Assembly (NCBI GenBank): GCA_937884085.1
Contig: CAKZYD010000405.1
Location: forward strand, 1-57,990
DNA length: 57,990 bases
Reading direction: 5' to 3'
Source of the DNA: an uncultured Sphingomonadales bacterium
GTDB taxonomy: Bacteria; Pseudomonadota; Alphaproteobacteria; Sphingomonadales; CAKZYD01
Shown: positions 35,709-45,041 of the stretch, piece after piece
Position numbering within the stretch: the stretch's first letter is position 1
How the letters are laid out: the number at the start of each line of letters is the position of its first letter
Notes under the pieces: model-generated
What the model was told of the DNA's origin: nothing
What the model saw: the letters and a program-made list of their open reading frames with translations, nothing else
The model's database searches: none
Translations under genes and position numbers: made by a program

Positions 35709-35936
35709 ATGACCTCTAGGTCTGCAGCCCTAAAACACCGGCAATCGGTGATACAATCGCGCTTAGCGCAGATTGAAGAGCGGCGCTTGGCCCATGAGGA
35801 AAATCGCTTTGCAGAATTATACGAGCTTCTGAAGGCAGATGTTTGGACCTTCAGAGAAGAATGGCAGCGCCGGCCCCGCCGACAAGCCCTGACCCGCACC
35901 CCCGAACGGCGCCCGGTGTCTGCCGACTTAGCCTAA
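35709..35936 (+). CDS. Small charged hypothetical protein (75 aa)
   Basis: Helical, charged sequence (RLAQIEERRLAHEENRFAELYELLKADVWTFREEW). It follows an AT-rich intergenic region and is followed by a weak hairpin plus T-run. Coding status is uncertain. Confidence 0.35.
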   Translation: MTSRSAALKHRQSVIQSRLAQIEERRLAHEENRFAELYELLKADVWTFREEWQRRPRRQALTRTPERRPVSADLA

Positions 35937-35937
35937 C

Positions 35938-35972
35938 AAACAGGGGACGGCTCCCCCGGCCAAACCTGTTTT
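35938..35972 (+). terminator. Weak terminator-like hairpin
   Basis: aacagg...(gggg acggct cccc)...cctgtttt: nested short stems followed by a T-run, after the small ORF. Confidence 0.3.
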
Positions 35973-35986
35973 AGAGGGCATCTAAC

Positions 35987-36562
35987 TTAGCCTGCGGTCC
36001 CGGAAAGGCCGCAGGCTTCGCTTATTTTGGAATAGGCTGCGGTGAATCCCTGAAGAGAAAAGACGTCAGTGGCATCAAAGCCGCGCGCGGCTTTCGCACT
36101 GATTTCGGCCTTCAAGCCTTTTTTCATCGCGCCGACAATCTTCGCATCGTCATCCAGCCCAAAGGTCCAGCCATCTTGGCCATCGCCGTAGAGTTCGAAT
36201 GTGCGGCCATCGACGGATAGGAGAACCGCGGCGCCGCGGCGATAATCAAAGCCAGAATTGAGCCTGACAACGCCGAACTCTTGTCGGCCTGGCCAATGGG
36301 AAATCATGATAAAGGCTGGCCGGCGCTGTAAACCATCCGGCAGTTTCGCTGGCTGGCTTGGCTGCGAAATCATGTAGCACACAGCAGCGCCATCCTGAGG
36401 CTGGTCCCTGAATGTGGACCAGTCACGATAGTCACCCAAATGCTGCCGCTTTAGACCGTCCTGTGCTTGCACGCCTACCGCCACAACGGAGGCGGCAAAG
36501 GCGGCACAACAGGTCAAACGTACCCATTTGCCAAAAAGGGACCCAAAAAAGGACACTGTCAC
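35987..36562 (-). CDS. Invasion-associated locus B (IalB)-like periplasmic protein
   Basis: Signal peptide (LTCCAAFAASVVAVGVQA). GDYRDWSTFRDQP..AAVCYMISQP and the C-terminal C in AYSKISEACG fit the IalB-family pattern. Position next to rlmN is common in alphaproteobacteria, as I recall. Confidence 0.55.
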   Translation of the reverse strand: MTVSFFGSLFGKWVRLTCCAAFAASVVAVGVQAQDGLKRQHLGDYRDWSTFRDQPQDGAAVCYMISQPSQPAKLPDGLQRRPAFIMISHWPGRQEFGVVRLNSGFDYRRGAAVLLSVDGRTFELYGDGQDGWTFGLDDDAKIVGAMKKGLKAEISAKAARGFDATDVFSLQGFTAAYSKISEACGLSGTAG

Positions 36563-37128
36563 TCCGTCATTTCGTCCGGGCGTCCTTTTCGGAAAATCGG
36601 CCCGCCGTGCTTGTGTTGTTGCGGGTCAGGCGCTGGTGCTCCCGGCCATAACGGCCTGTCACCCTTAACCTGACGCGCCCGAAAGCGATCATACATCACT
36701 ATTGCGCCAGCAGTGGCAACATTTAATGAAAATTTTGTTGGGATTTTGACAATATGTTGGCACGTAGCCATCACATCGTCCGGTAAAGAAATGCGTTCAC
36801 CGCCAAAGACATAAACGGCCCGGCGCGGATGAGCAAAACGTGGTAGCTCGGCGGCCTCATCCGTGAGCTCCACACCGACCACCTCAGCACCTTGCGGCAA
36901 CGGCAGCTCTGAAAAGGCGCCAGCCTCAAAGACAGGTATCGCGCTGGATGATTTTGCAGTGTCAAACTTGTCCACATTGCGGCGAAATTCCGGGCGCACA
37001 AGAAACACGAATTGCGCCCCAAAGGCGTTCGCTGTCCGGATGAGATTGCCGGCATTGCCCGCTTTGCTCACCCCGATGATACCAATCCCAAAATAGCCGG
37101 ACATACTGCGCCTAGAAGCCTCGTCCAT
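36559..37128 (-). CDS. TrmH/SpoU-family RNA 2'-O-methyltransferase
   Basis: GIGIIGVSKAGNAGNLIRTANAFGAQFVFLV, and the C-terminal knot motifs YVFGGERISLPDDV and VKIPTKFSLNVATAGAIVMYD. The start is at 37128 or 37104; the track ORF extension to 37269 overlaps the upstream gene. Confidence 0.8.
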   Translation of the reverse strand: MDEASRRSMSGYFGIGIIGVSKAGNAGNLIRTANAFGAQFVFLVRPEFRRNVDKFDTAKSSSAIPVFEAGAFSELPLPQGAEVVGVELTDEAAELPRFAHPRRAVYVFGGERISLPDDVMATCQHIVKIPTKFSLNVATAGAIVMYDRFRARQVKGDRPLWPGAPAPDPQQHKHGGPIFRKGRPDEMTE

Positions 37129-37759
37129 GGGAGGCCGGTCCGCTGGTGGCAAAGCACGTCTCCACTTGGCCTGAAAGCGCACAAAAATGACCTTGGGGGA
37201 TATCGTCGGCAACTGTAGCGGCGATATCAGCATGCCAGCGCTGACCTGTGATGACGCCGCGAAGAACACGGCTGGCTAGGCCATGGCTAACGGCCAAGTG
37301 CATGGGCGCCGCCTCTTTATCAACATCTTGGGCCCACGCCGACAATCGGCCGACCATATCGTCATACCACTCGCCGCCCGGTGGACGCTGGATAAATAAT
37401 CGGCGCGATGCATCAACAATCGGTCCGCATTCAGCGGTGACATCCGCATAGGTACGACCAGTCCAATCCCCCACATCAATCTCTTTAAGCCGGTCATCGA
37501 AGCGGATGGAGAAATAGTCAATATCAAGCGCATCGGCGATGACCGCTGCCGTTTGTCTGGTGCGCCCCGTCGGCGATGCCCAGAACACAACATCCTGTTT
37601 TGAACCCAAATGATCTTTTAGCGCGTCAGCCATGGCGATAGCCTGGCGCACGCCGCCGGATGTGAGCGGCGTGTGTGCCTCATTACCTTGGAGGCGCGCA
37701 GACCGGTTAAAAACGGTTTCGGCATGACGCGCCAGAAAGAGGGTTTTGCCAGTCAACAT
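37112..37759 (-). CDS. Histidine phosphatase family protein (phosphoglycerate mutase-like)
   Basis: LFLARHAETVFNRSARLQG (RHG/E motif region) and a downstream AVSHG catalytic His motif. Confidence 0.8.
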   Translation of the reverse strand: MLTGKTLFLARHAETVFNRSARLQGNEAHTPLTSGGVRQAIAMADALKDHLGSKQDVVFWASPTGRTRQTAAVIADALDIDYFSIRFDDRLKEIDVGDWTGRTYADVTAECGPIVDASRRLFIQRPPGGEWYDDMVGRLSAWAQDVDKEAAPMHLAVSHGLASRVLRGVITGQRWHADIAATVADDIPQGHFCALSGQVETCFATSGPASHGRGF

Positions 37760-38046
37760 CGTGACTGGTTTAAATCACGAGATAGTGGTGTCAGCAACAG
37801 GCTTTGCCATGACGTGACCCCTGCACTCGTCAAACACGGTTGAGGCATTGGCTCAGATGCAGCAGACCTAAGCTACACGGCGTCGAAATGATTATCATTC
37901 GGCGCTGCGGATGGTTAACAATTCCGTAATAGAGGAGCCATGAACGAGTCACAGAAAGGCTCTATTCATCGGCGTGGGATGTGCTCCTGGGGTAATTGCG
38001 GCGGCACAGAACACTATTTGTGGCGTTGAATAGAGGTATTCTTCTG

Positions 38047-39837
38047 ATGCACAAGTTTCTTTCTTCTACGATATTAACCTCTTTTGCCTTTGGAGCATTG
38101 ACAACGACAGCGACAGCTGGATCGTTGACTATCCTTCATAATAATGATGGCGAATCCCAGCTTGTCGACGCGGGTAGTGGTTTGGAGCAGTTCGGCGGCG
38201 CGGCTCGTTTTGTAACGCTCGTGAATCAAATTCGCACACAGCGTGAGGGGGCCGGCAATGCGGTTCTGACACTGTCATCCGGCGACAACATTTTGCCAGG
38301 ACCGGAATTCAATGCATCTTTGAACGACGGCATCTTTTATGATGCGCAGGTGCTCAACGCGATTGGCTATGACGCAATTGCGCTGGGCAACCACGACTTT
38401 GACTTTGGCCCAGACCTGCTGGCTGACTTCATTGGTGATGTGAATGCGCCTTATGTGAGCGCTAACTTGGATTTCTCCGGCAGCAGCGCCTTGCAAGCGC
38501 GCTTTGATGCCAATGAAATTGTGAAATCGACCATCGTGACCTCAAACGGGGAGCAATTCGGGATCGTTGGGGCAACGACCGAGAATCTGCCATTCATTTC
38601 AAGCCCTGGTGACGTCAGTGTGCTTGACGTCGTATCCAATGTTCAGGCCGAAATTGACGCCTTAGAGATGAGCGGCGTCAAAAACATCATTTTGATCAGT
38701 CACCTTCAAGGCATCGGCGAAGACACCGCCGTGATCAGCCAGCTTTCTGGCGTTGATATTGCCATTGCCGGCGGCGGCGATGAGTTTCTCGCCGACGGCC
38801 CAGATGCGCTCAACACCGATCCTGCCGATGTCTTTGGTCCTTATCCACTCACGGGCATTACCAATGCGGACGGCGTTGAAGTTCCGGTTGTGACCACACA
38901 GGGCAACTACCGGTATTTGGGCGTGTTGGATGTGGAGTTCGACGATAGCGGCAACCTGATAAGCGTGAACAATGTGACATCCGGCGCCCAGTTGGTGACG
39001 GATGCTTTGACATCGGACCCCACAATTCAATCCCAAGTCATCGACCCAGTGAGCGCAGCGCTTGCTGATTTGGCCAATACGCCAATTGCGACATCGCAAG
39101 TTGAACTCGACGGACAGCGCAGCTCAATCCGCTTCCAGGAAACCAACTTGGGGAACATCATTGCGGACAGCTATATCTACAATGCTGAGATTGTTGATGC
39201 TGAACGCGGCGGTACCTTGTTAACGGGGGACGCAACGGTGGCTCTCACCAATGGCGGCGGCATTCGCAATGATTCCATTCTAGGGCCTGGCGTTCTGACC
39301 GAGCTGGATACGTTTGACATTCTGCCTTTCTCCAACACCCTCACCGTTATCAATGGGCTGACCGCAGCAGACCTCCTTGCAGTTTTAGAAAATGCCGTAT
39401 CTCGCGTTGAAGGCACGCTTGGCGGAACGGGCCGCTTTGCCCAAGTTGCTGGCCTTGAATTCACCTATGACCCGAACCGTCCTGGCGGTGACCGTGTCCT
39501 GGAACTCATGTTAGCCGACGGAACGCTGCTCTATGATCGCGGTGAATTTCTCGATACGTCGACGCTTATTGACTTGGTGACGGTGAACTTCCTAGCGGGC
39601 GGCGGCGATGAGTATCCGCTTGACCAATTCGACGCAGAGCTCATCGGCATCAGCTACCAACGCAGCTTGTTCAACTACATCGTCGACGGCCTTGGCGGTC
39701 TCATCACTGCGGAGCAATATGCCGCTGGCGGAGAAGGACGTATTTCAATTGGTGTCAGCGAGCCCGCTTCCATCGCCTTGATGGGCCTAGGCGTTTTGGG
39801 CCTTGCCGGTTTCTATCGCCGCAAACACGCTCTCTAA
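38047..39837 (+). CDS. Bifunctional metallophosphatase/5'-nucleotidase with a C-terminal PEP-CTERM sorting signal
   Basis: I prefer the start at 38047 (MHKFLSSTILTSFAFGALTTTATA signal peptide). Metallophosphatase motifs ILHNNDGES, LSSGDNILPG and ALGNHDFDFG, then a 5'-nucleotidase C-terminal domain. The tail VSEPASIALMGLGVLGLAGFYRRKHAL is a PEP motif plus TM helix plus basic cluster. Confidence 0.85.
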   Translation: MHKFLSSTILTSFAFGALTTTATAGSLTILHNNDGESQLVDAGSGLEQFGGAARFVTLVNQIRTQREGAGNAVLTLSSGDNILPGPEFNASLNDGIFYDAQVLNAIGYDAIALGNHDFDFGPDLLADFIGDVNAPYVSANLDFSGSSALQARFDANEIVKSTIVTSNGEQFGIVGATTENLPFISSPGDVSVLDVVSNVQAEIDALEMSGVKNIILISHLQGIGEDTAVISQLSGVDIAIAGGGDEFLADGPDALNTDPADVFGPYPLTGITNADGVEVPVVTTQGNYRYLGVLDVEFDDSGNLISVNNVTSGAQLVTDALTSDPTIQSQVIDPVSAALADLANTPIATSQVELDGQRSSIRFQETNLGNIIADSYIYNAEIVDAERGGTLLTGDATVALTNGGGIRNDSILGPGVLTELDTFDILPFSNTLTVINGLTAADLLAVLENAVSRVEGTLGGTGRFAQVAGLEFTYDPNRPGGDRVLELMLADGTLLYDRGEFLDTSTLIDLVTVNFLAGGGDEYPLDQFDAELIGISYQRSLFNYIVDGLGGLITAEQYAAGGEGRISIGVSEPASIALMGLGVLGLAGFYRRKHAL

Positions 39838-39878
39838 GACGCTTTAAGCCTTTAAGACGCATCTAAAAACCACAGCGG

Positions 39879-39918
39879 TGGTGTGTTCGGGTTACGCCAA
39901 TCCGAACACACCGTTTTT
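39879..39918 (+). terminator. Rho-independent terminator
   Basis: 11-bp stem ggtgtgttcgg / ccgaacacacc with an 11-nt loop, followed by gttttta. It lies directly after the 5'-nucleotidase gene. Confidence 0.75.
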
Positions 39919-39937
39919 ATATGGGAAAGTATCAGCC

Positions 39938-40603
39938 GTGTTTCCATTCAATGTGTTTCCATTCAAGCACTTTGCCCTAACGGCTGTTATTATTGGCTGC
40001 ACATGGGCCATGCCGGCGGCAGCGGTCGACATAACGGGCGCCCATCGCACACGCGGCGTTGGCCAATTTTCCTGCGCGCAGTTTGTTACAGCCAAATCGG
40101 AGGATGAGGCTCTTTATCGCAGTTTTGGAGGCTGGATTGATGGGTTTTTGAGTGCAGTGAACTTTTATGAAGAAACCACATTCGATATCGCGCCATGGCA
40201 ATCGACTGATGTTCTAGCCGAGGGCCTAAGCGCCTATTGCAGCAAGAACCCCGCCCTGCCGTTTGAAGAAGCGCTCAAACGCCTGGTCGAAGATTTGGGC
40301 GAGCAGCGTTTGTATGGCGCGTCAAAATTGGTGCTTTTGGAAGAGCGCCTGGAAGATGGGACAGACGTGCGCCTGCCAATCTATGAAGTGATTTTGGAGC
40401 GGACGCAGCAAACCCTCAAACGGCTTGGCTATCTAGATGCGCCAATTACGAAAGCGTTTGACGCCCCTACGCGCGATGCGTTGCGCGCGTTTCAAGAGCG
40501 CATTGGACGACCAGAAACAGGGCTGCCCGATCAAGTGACACTGCTATTTTTGTTCGACAAAGGCGCCATTGCATATCAACGCGACATCCCGCCGCCAGAG
40601 TGA
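39938..40603 (+). CDS. Secreted protein with a C-terminal peptidoglycan-binding (PG_binding_1-like) domain
   Basis: LKRLGYLDAPITKAFDAPTRDALRAFQERIGRPETGLPDQVTL is a PG-binding repeat. The N-terminal hydrophobic segment is ALTAVIIGCTWAMPAAA. I moved the start to the GTG at 39938 (or 39953), because the track start at 39878 lies inside the terminator hairpin. Confidence 0.65.
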   Translation: MFPFNVFPFKHFALTAVIIGCTWAMPAAAVDITGAHRTRGVGQFSCAQFVTAKSEDEALYRSFGGWIDGFLSAVNFYEETTFDIAPWQSTDVLAEGLSAYCSKNPALPFEEALKRLVEDLGEQRLYGASKLVLLEERLEDGTDVRLPIYEVILERTQQTLKRLGYLDAPITKAFDAPTRDALRAFQERIGRPETGLPDQVTLLFLFDKGAIAYQRDIPPPE

Positions 40604-40632
40604 AGAGGCAGGGCAGAGACTTACAGGCTGCT

Positions 40633-43600
40633 TTATTCTGCAGGCTCAGCCAAAGCCATCTCGGCAGACTTTAGTGGCTTAGGCTTGCTGGCCATAAGGG
40701 TATAGACGATCGGCAGAATGAAGAGCGTGAAGAGCGTTCCGATTGTCATGCCGCCAACGATTGTGGCGCCGATATGGAAACGGCTTGCTGCACCTGCGCC
40801 ATCCGCCAGCAAGAGCGGCATCACGCCAAACACGATGGCCGCCGTCGTCATCAGGATTGGGCGCAGGCGTATCCCGGCTGACTTCACCATGGCATCATGC
40901 GGGCTCAGGCCTTCTTCGCGCTGCAGCTGATTGGCGAAATCCACCATGAGAATGCCGTGCTTGCTGATCAAACCAATCAGCGTGATGAGACCAATCTGCG
41001 TATAAATATTTACCGACAAGAAGACATTGATCGGAATGAGCGCACCGACCGCTGCCATAGGCACCGTCACCAAGATAATGAAGGGGTCGCGGAAGCTTTC
41101 AAATTGCGCGGCCAACACCAGGTAAATCACCACCAGCGCGAAAACGAAGATGATGGCAAGCTGGTTGCCTTCTTGGACATATTGACGGGTCTGCCCTGAA
41201 GTATCGGTGGTGATGGCCGGTGGCAGGATTTCGGCAGCCGTCGCCTGAACGAAGGACAAGGCGTCTCCCATTGATACGCCAGGATAAGGCACACCGGAAA
41301 TCGTTGCCGAGTTGAGCTGCTGGAATGTTGTCTGCGCATTTGGCTTCACGACGCGCTCAACTTGCACAAAGGTGCTGAGAGGCACCAAATCGCCGCTTGT
41401 GGCCCGCACATAATATCCGCCAATAAGGGATTCATCAAAGCGGAAGGCCCGCGGCACCTGAGGGATAACCCTGTAACTGCGGCCATCTAAATCAAACAGG
41501 TTTACATAGTTGCCGCCGAGAAGCGTCGATAGCGTATTGCCGATATCGCGCATGGAAACGCCAAGCTGATTGGCCTTCTCCCGATCAACGGTCACCTCAA
41601 TTTCTGGCTTGTCAAAGTTCAGCGATAGGTCGGTAAAAATGAACTTGCCGCTCATATCGATTTTGGATTGGAGCTCTTCAGCCGCTTCATAGAGCTCTTC
41701 ATATCCCCCCAGCGACTTAAGGACGAACTGGAAGGGAAAGCCATCACCCGGCGTTGGCAGCGGCGGCGCACTAAACCCGGCTACTTCAACACCGGCAAAG
41801 TTGCTGAAGTCCGCCGCTAAATCTTCAAGGATTGCTTTAGGGCCGCGGTCGCGTTCTTCCCAGGGCTTGAGCAAAATACCACCGAACCCGCTGCTCGGCC
41901 CGTCCCGACCATTGATTAAGAAAGCGGTTTCATACTCCGGCAGCCTTTGGAATACGTCGTGGTATGTGGAAACATAGCTGTTGATATAATCGATATTTGT
42001 CCAATCAGGCGCTGTGGTCGCGAGATACATCAAGCCCTGGTCTTCCTCAGGCGCCAGTTCCTTTTGCGCTGTTTGATAAAGGAAGGCGCACATACCGAGG
42101 ACCAAAAAGCCAGTAAAGAGACCAAGCTTTTGGGCTTTCAGGGCTGACACCAAGCGCGCGCGATACCAGAATTTCAGCTGCGTGAACTTGTGCTCAAGCC
42201 ACAGCGCAAACTTGTCTTCCTTATCTTCCTGCGATTTGAGAATGCGGGCGCACATCATGGGCGACAGAGTAAGCGCCACCACGCCTGAAATAATGACCGC
42301 ACTCGCTAGCGTGAAAGCAAACTCCTGGAAGAGTTGCCCGGTCAGCCCTGTGGTAAAGCCAATCGGGGCATAAGCAGCGGCCAGCGTCACTGTCATAGCG
42401 ATCACAGGCAAAGCGATTTCACGGGCGCCTTTAAAGGCTGCCTCCAGCGGACTGAGACCCTTCTCGATATGACGCGAAATATTCTCAAGCACCACAATCG
42501 CGTCATCCACCACCAGTCCGATAGCCAGCACAAGGGCCAAAAGCGTCAACAAGTTGATGGAATAGCCCAATAGTTGGACCAAGAATAAAACGCCGATGAG
42601 GGACAACGGTATGGTGATGACCGGCACAAGCGTGGCGCGCACATTGCCGAGAAACAGATAGACCACGATGACCACAATGATGGCGGCTTCGATAACCGTT
42701 TTAGAGACCTCAATGATGGCCGCCTTAATGTAGGTGGACGCATCATAATTCATGTCCTGGATTAGCCCGGGCGGCAAAAGTGGCTCGAGTTCCTGAAGCC
42801 GTTGGCGCACGGCGGGGACGACTTCAAGCGGGTTTCCGCTTGGCTGCGCCGTTATCTCCACAAAAATTGCGCGATTGCCGCCGGCAAAGGACGAATTATC
42901 CGCCGACTGGGGACCAAGCTTGATATCTGCAACCTGGTTCAGCCGTATGAGCGTGCCATCGCGCACGGCGACAACGAGGTTTTGGAAGTCTTGCACGGTC
43001 GCAGCATTGGTCTTTGCGTCCACCGTTGCGGTAACAAACCCACCTTTTATTTCGCCAGCTGCAGAGGTGAAGTTGTTCCGTTCCAGCGCATCAATCACGT
43101 CAGACGCGGTCACCTCCAAGGACGCCATCTTGCCTGGATTCAGCCAAATCCGCATGGCGAAGGTTTGCGCGCCGAGGATACGGGCTTGGGCAACCCCCTC
43201 AACCGCTTGCAGGGCAGGCTGGGCCACGCGGACCAAAAAGTCGGTGATCTGCGATGGCGTCAGGGTCGCAGACGCATAGTCGATATAGGCAAGCCCGGTG
43301 CCTTCAGCGGACAGTCTTTCCACCACGGGGTCAAAAGCTTCGCGCGGCAAATCTGCACGCACAGCATTCACCCGGGACAGCACGTCATTATAGGCCCTGT
43401 CGGCATCCGCCCCGGTGCGCAGTGTCAGCGAAATGGTACTGACGGATTGGCGCGAATAAGAGGAGATGGTGTCTATACCCTCCGCGCTTGCCACGGACTG
43501 CTGCAACGGTGTTGTGATGAAGCTGCGAATAACGTCCGGACTGGCGCCAGGATAGTCCGTTGAAACGACAATCTGCGTTGTCTCAAATTCAGGAAATTCG

Positions 43601-43704
43601 CGAATTGGCAATTCAGAAGCGGCCTGCAGTCCAAGCAGCAAGATGAGCAAGCTCACAACGCTTGCAAGCACAGGGCGTTGAATAAATATATCGGTAAAGC
43701 GCAT
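40633..43704 (-). CDS. RND efflux transporter, inner-membrane permease (AcrB/MdtB-like, HAE1)
   Basis: 1023 aa. MRFTDIFIQRPVLASVVSLLILLLG start, 12-TM architecture with two large periplasmic loops, and conserved VVDDAIVVLENI. Confidence 0.95.
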   Translation of the reverse strand: MRFTDIFIQRPVLASVVSLLILLLGLQAASELPIREFPEFETTQIVVSTDYPGASPDVIRSFITTPLQQSVASAEGIDTISSYSRQSVSTISLTLRTGADADRAYNDVLSRVNAVRADLPREAFDPVVERLSAEGTGLAYIDYASATLTPSQITDFLVRVAQPALQAVEGVAQARILGAQTFAMRIWLNPGKMASLEVTASDVIDALERNNFTSAAGEIKGGFVTATVDAKTNAATVQDFQNLVVAVRDGTLIRLNQVADIKLGPQSADNSSFAGGNRAIFVEITAQPSGNPLEVVPAVRQRLQELEPLLPPGLIQDMNYDASTYIKAAIIEVSKTVIEAAIIVVIVVYLFLGNVRATLVPVITIPLSLIGVLFLVQLLGYSINLLTLLALVLAIGLVVDDAIVVLENISRHIEKGLSPLEAAFKGAREIALPVIAMTVTLAAAYAPIGFTTGLTGQLFQEFAFTLASAVIISGVVALTLSPMMCARILKSQEDKEDKFALWLEHKFTQLKFWYRARLVSALKAQKLGLFTGFLVLGMCAFLYQTAQKELAPEEDQGLMYLATTAPDWTNIDYINSYVSTYHDVFQRLPEYETAFLINGRDGPSSGFGGILLKPWEERDRGPKAILEDLAADFSNFAGVEVAGFSAPPLPTPGDGFPFQFVLKSLGGYEELYEAAEELQSKIDMSGKFIFTDLSLNFDKPEIEVTVDREKANQLGVSMRDIGNTLSTLLGGNYVNLFDLDGRSYRVIPQVPRAFRFDESLIGGYYVRATSGDLVPLSTFVQVERVVKPNAQTTFQQLNSATISGVPYPGVSMGDALSFVQATAAEILPPAITTDTSGQTRQYVQEGNQLAIIFVFALVVIYLVLAAQFESFRDPFIILVTVPMAAVGALIPINVFLSVNIYTQIGLITLIGLISKHGILMVDFANQLQREEGLSPHDAMVKSAGIRLRPILMTTAAIVFGVMPLLLADGAGAASRFHIGATIVGGMTIGTLFTLFILPIVYTLMASKPKPLKSAEMALAEPAE

Positions 43705-43739
43705 GCGATTAATGCCGTCCAGGTATTCTCAGGCGGCCC

Positions 43740-44849
43740 CTATTCCTGGGGTAAGCCATCCTTGTTTGCGAGCAGCACATCGTTGTTCACGCGAATTTTC
43801 CAGCCCGGCCGGATCTTGTTTTGACCAGCGGTGACAACCAAGTCGCCAGCGCTCACTTTACCAACGACGACGATTTCACCTTCATCGCCTTCCTGTGGGC
43901 GCACGATTTCCCGCCGCGCTGTATAGAAGTCGGTGCCCTCTTCTTCGGAGAGGATCCAAACCGTATCCCCATATAGGCTGTAGGCAATGGCTGTCTGCGG
44001 AACCGTGACGACTTCATATTGCGTCGGCTGGCTTACCCGCACACTGGCAAACATACCTGGCGTCAGAAATCCATCAGGATTGCGCAAGGTTGCCTGGACG
44101 GAAATTGACCGCGTATTCACGTCAACCGACGAATCAATCGATGTGACGGCACCATTGAAGCGTTGGCCGGGATAGGCATCAACCGAGGCATCCATTGTCT
44201 GGCCAACGGCCAGCTTGCCGATCAGGTTCTCCGGCATCTCAAACGTCACATAGATTGGGTCCAGGGTTTGCAGGGAGACGATCGGATCGCCCGTATCCAC
44301 AAATTGGCCCACATTCACGCGCCGGATGCCAAGGCGGCCGGAGAAAGGCGCGCGAATGGCCTGGTCTTCCACCTGCGCTTTCGCCCTTTCCAAATTGGCA
44401 TAGGCTTCATCCCGAGCGGCAATCACCCGGTCGAGTGCCGCTTCAGACACCGCCTGCTTCTTCACAAGCTCTTTGGTTCGCGACAGCTCCAATTCAGCAT
44501 TTCTAAGGGTTGCCTCAAACAACCGTACATCCGCACGCTGCGCTTCATCATCGATTTGGACAAGCAGATCACCTTCGGTCACCATCTGCCCGGATTGAAA
44601 AGCAATTTTGGTAACGATCCCGCTTTCACGCGGCGATAAGACTGCGCCTTGAACGGCCTCAACCGTCCCCACGGCGGCCAAAGTCGGCTCCCAATCGCGC
44701 AAGGCGGCTGGCTGCGCCGACACCGTCGCAACGGGTGGCCCATCGCCATAAATGGCTTCTTGAATGAACTTAGGCTTTAACACCAAGTTGAACGCAATCA
44801 GCGCACCAAAAACCGCCAGAACGGCGGAAAATAAAATCCAACGTCTCAT
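43740..44849 (-). CDS. RND efflux periplasmic adaptor (membrane fusion protein)
   Basis: N-terminal TM anchor, a lipoyl/alpha-hairpin region (VTEGDLLVQIDDEAQRADVRLFEATLRNAELELSRTKELVKKQAVSEAALD) and beta-barrel/MP domains. It is directly upstream of the RND permease. Confidence 0.9.
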   Translation of the reverse strand: MRRWILFSAVLAVFGALIAFNLVLKPKFIQEAIYGDGPPVATVSAQPAALRDWEPTLAAVGTVEAVQGAVLSPRESGIVTKIAFQSGQMVTEGDLLVQIDDEAQRADVRLFEATLRNAELELSRTKELVKKQAVSEAALDRVIAARDEAYANLERAKAQVEDQAIRAPFSGRLGIRRVNVGQFVDTGDPIVSLQTLDPIYVTFEMPENLIGKLAVGQTMDASVDAYPGQRFNGAVTSIDSSVDVNTRSISVQATLRNPDGFLTPGMFASVRVSQPTQYEVVTVPQTAIAYSLYGDTVWILSEEEGTDFYTARREIVRPQEGDEGEIVVVGKVSAGDLVVTAGQNKIRPGWKIRVNNDVLLANKDGLPQE

Positions 44850-45041
44850 TATATTCTTCAGCCAATGATCGAGGCAGTCACCCCGCGTGATCGGGTTATC
44901 CTCTTTTTAGACTACGCGATTTGGACTGCGTAATCCACCTACGGAATTTACGCACTGACTAATGTCACCGGATGACTTTTTTTTCGCAAATGCGGAAAGA
45001 AGATTTGTTCCCTAACCTATTGGATATACCGTGTAATTTCT

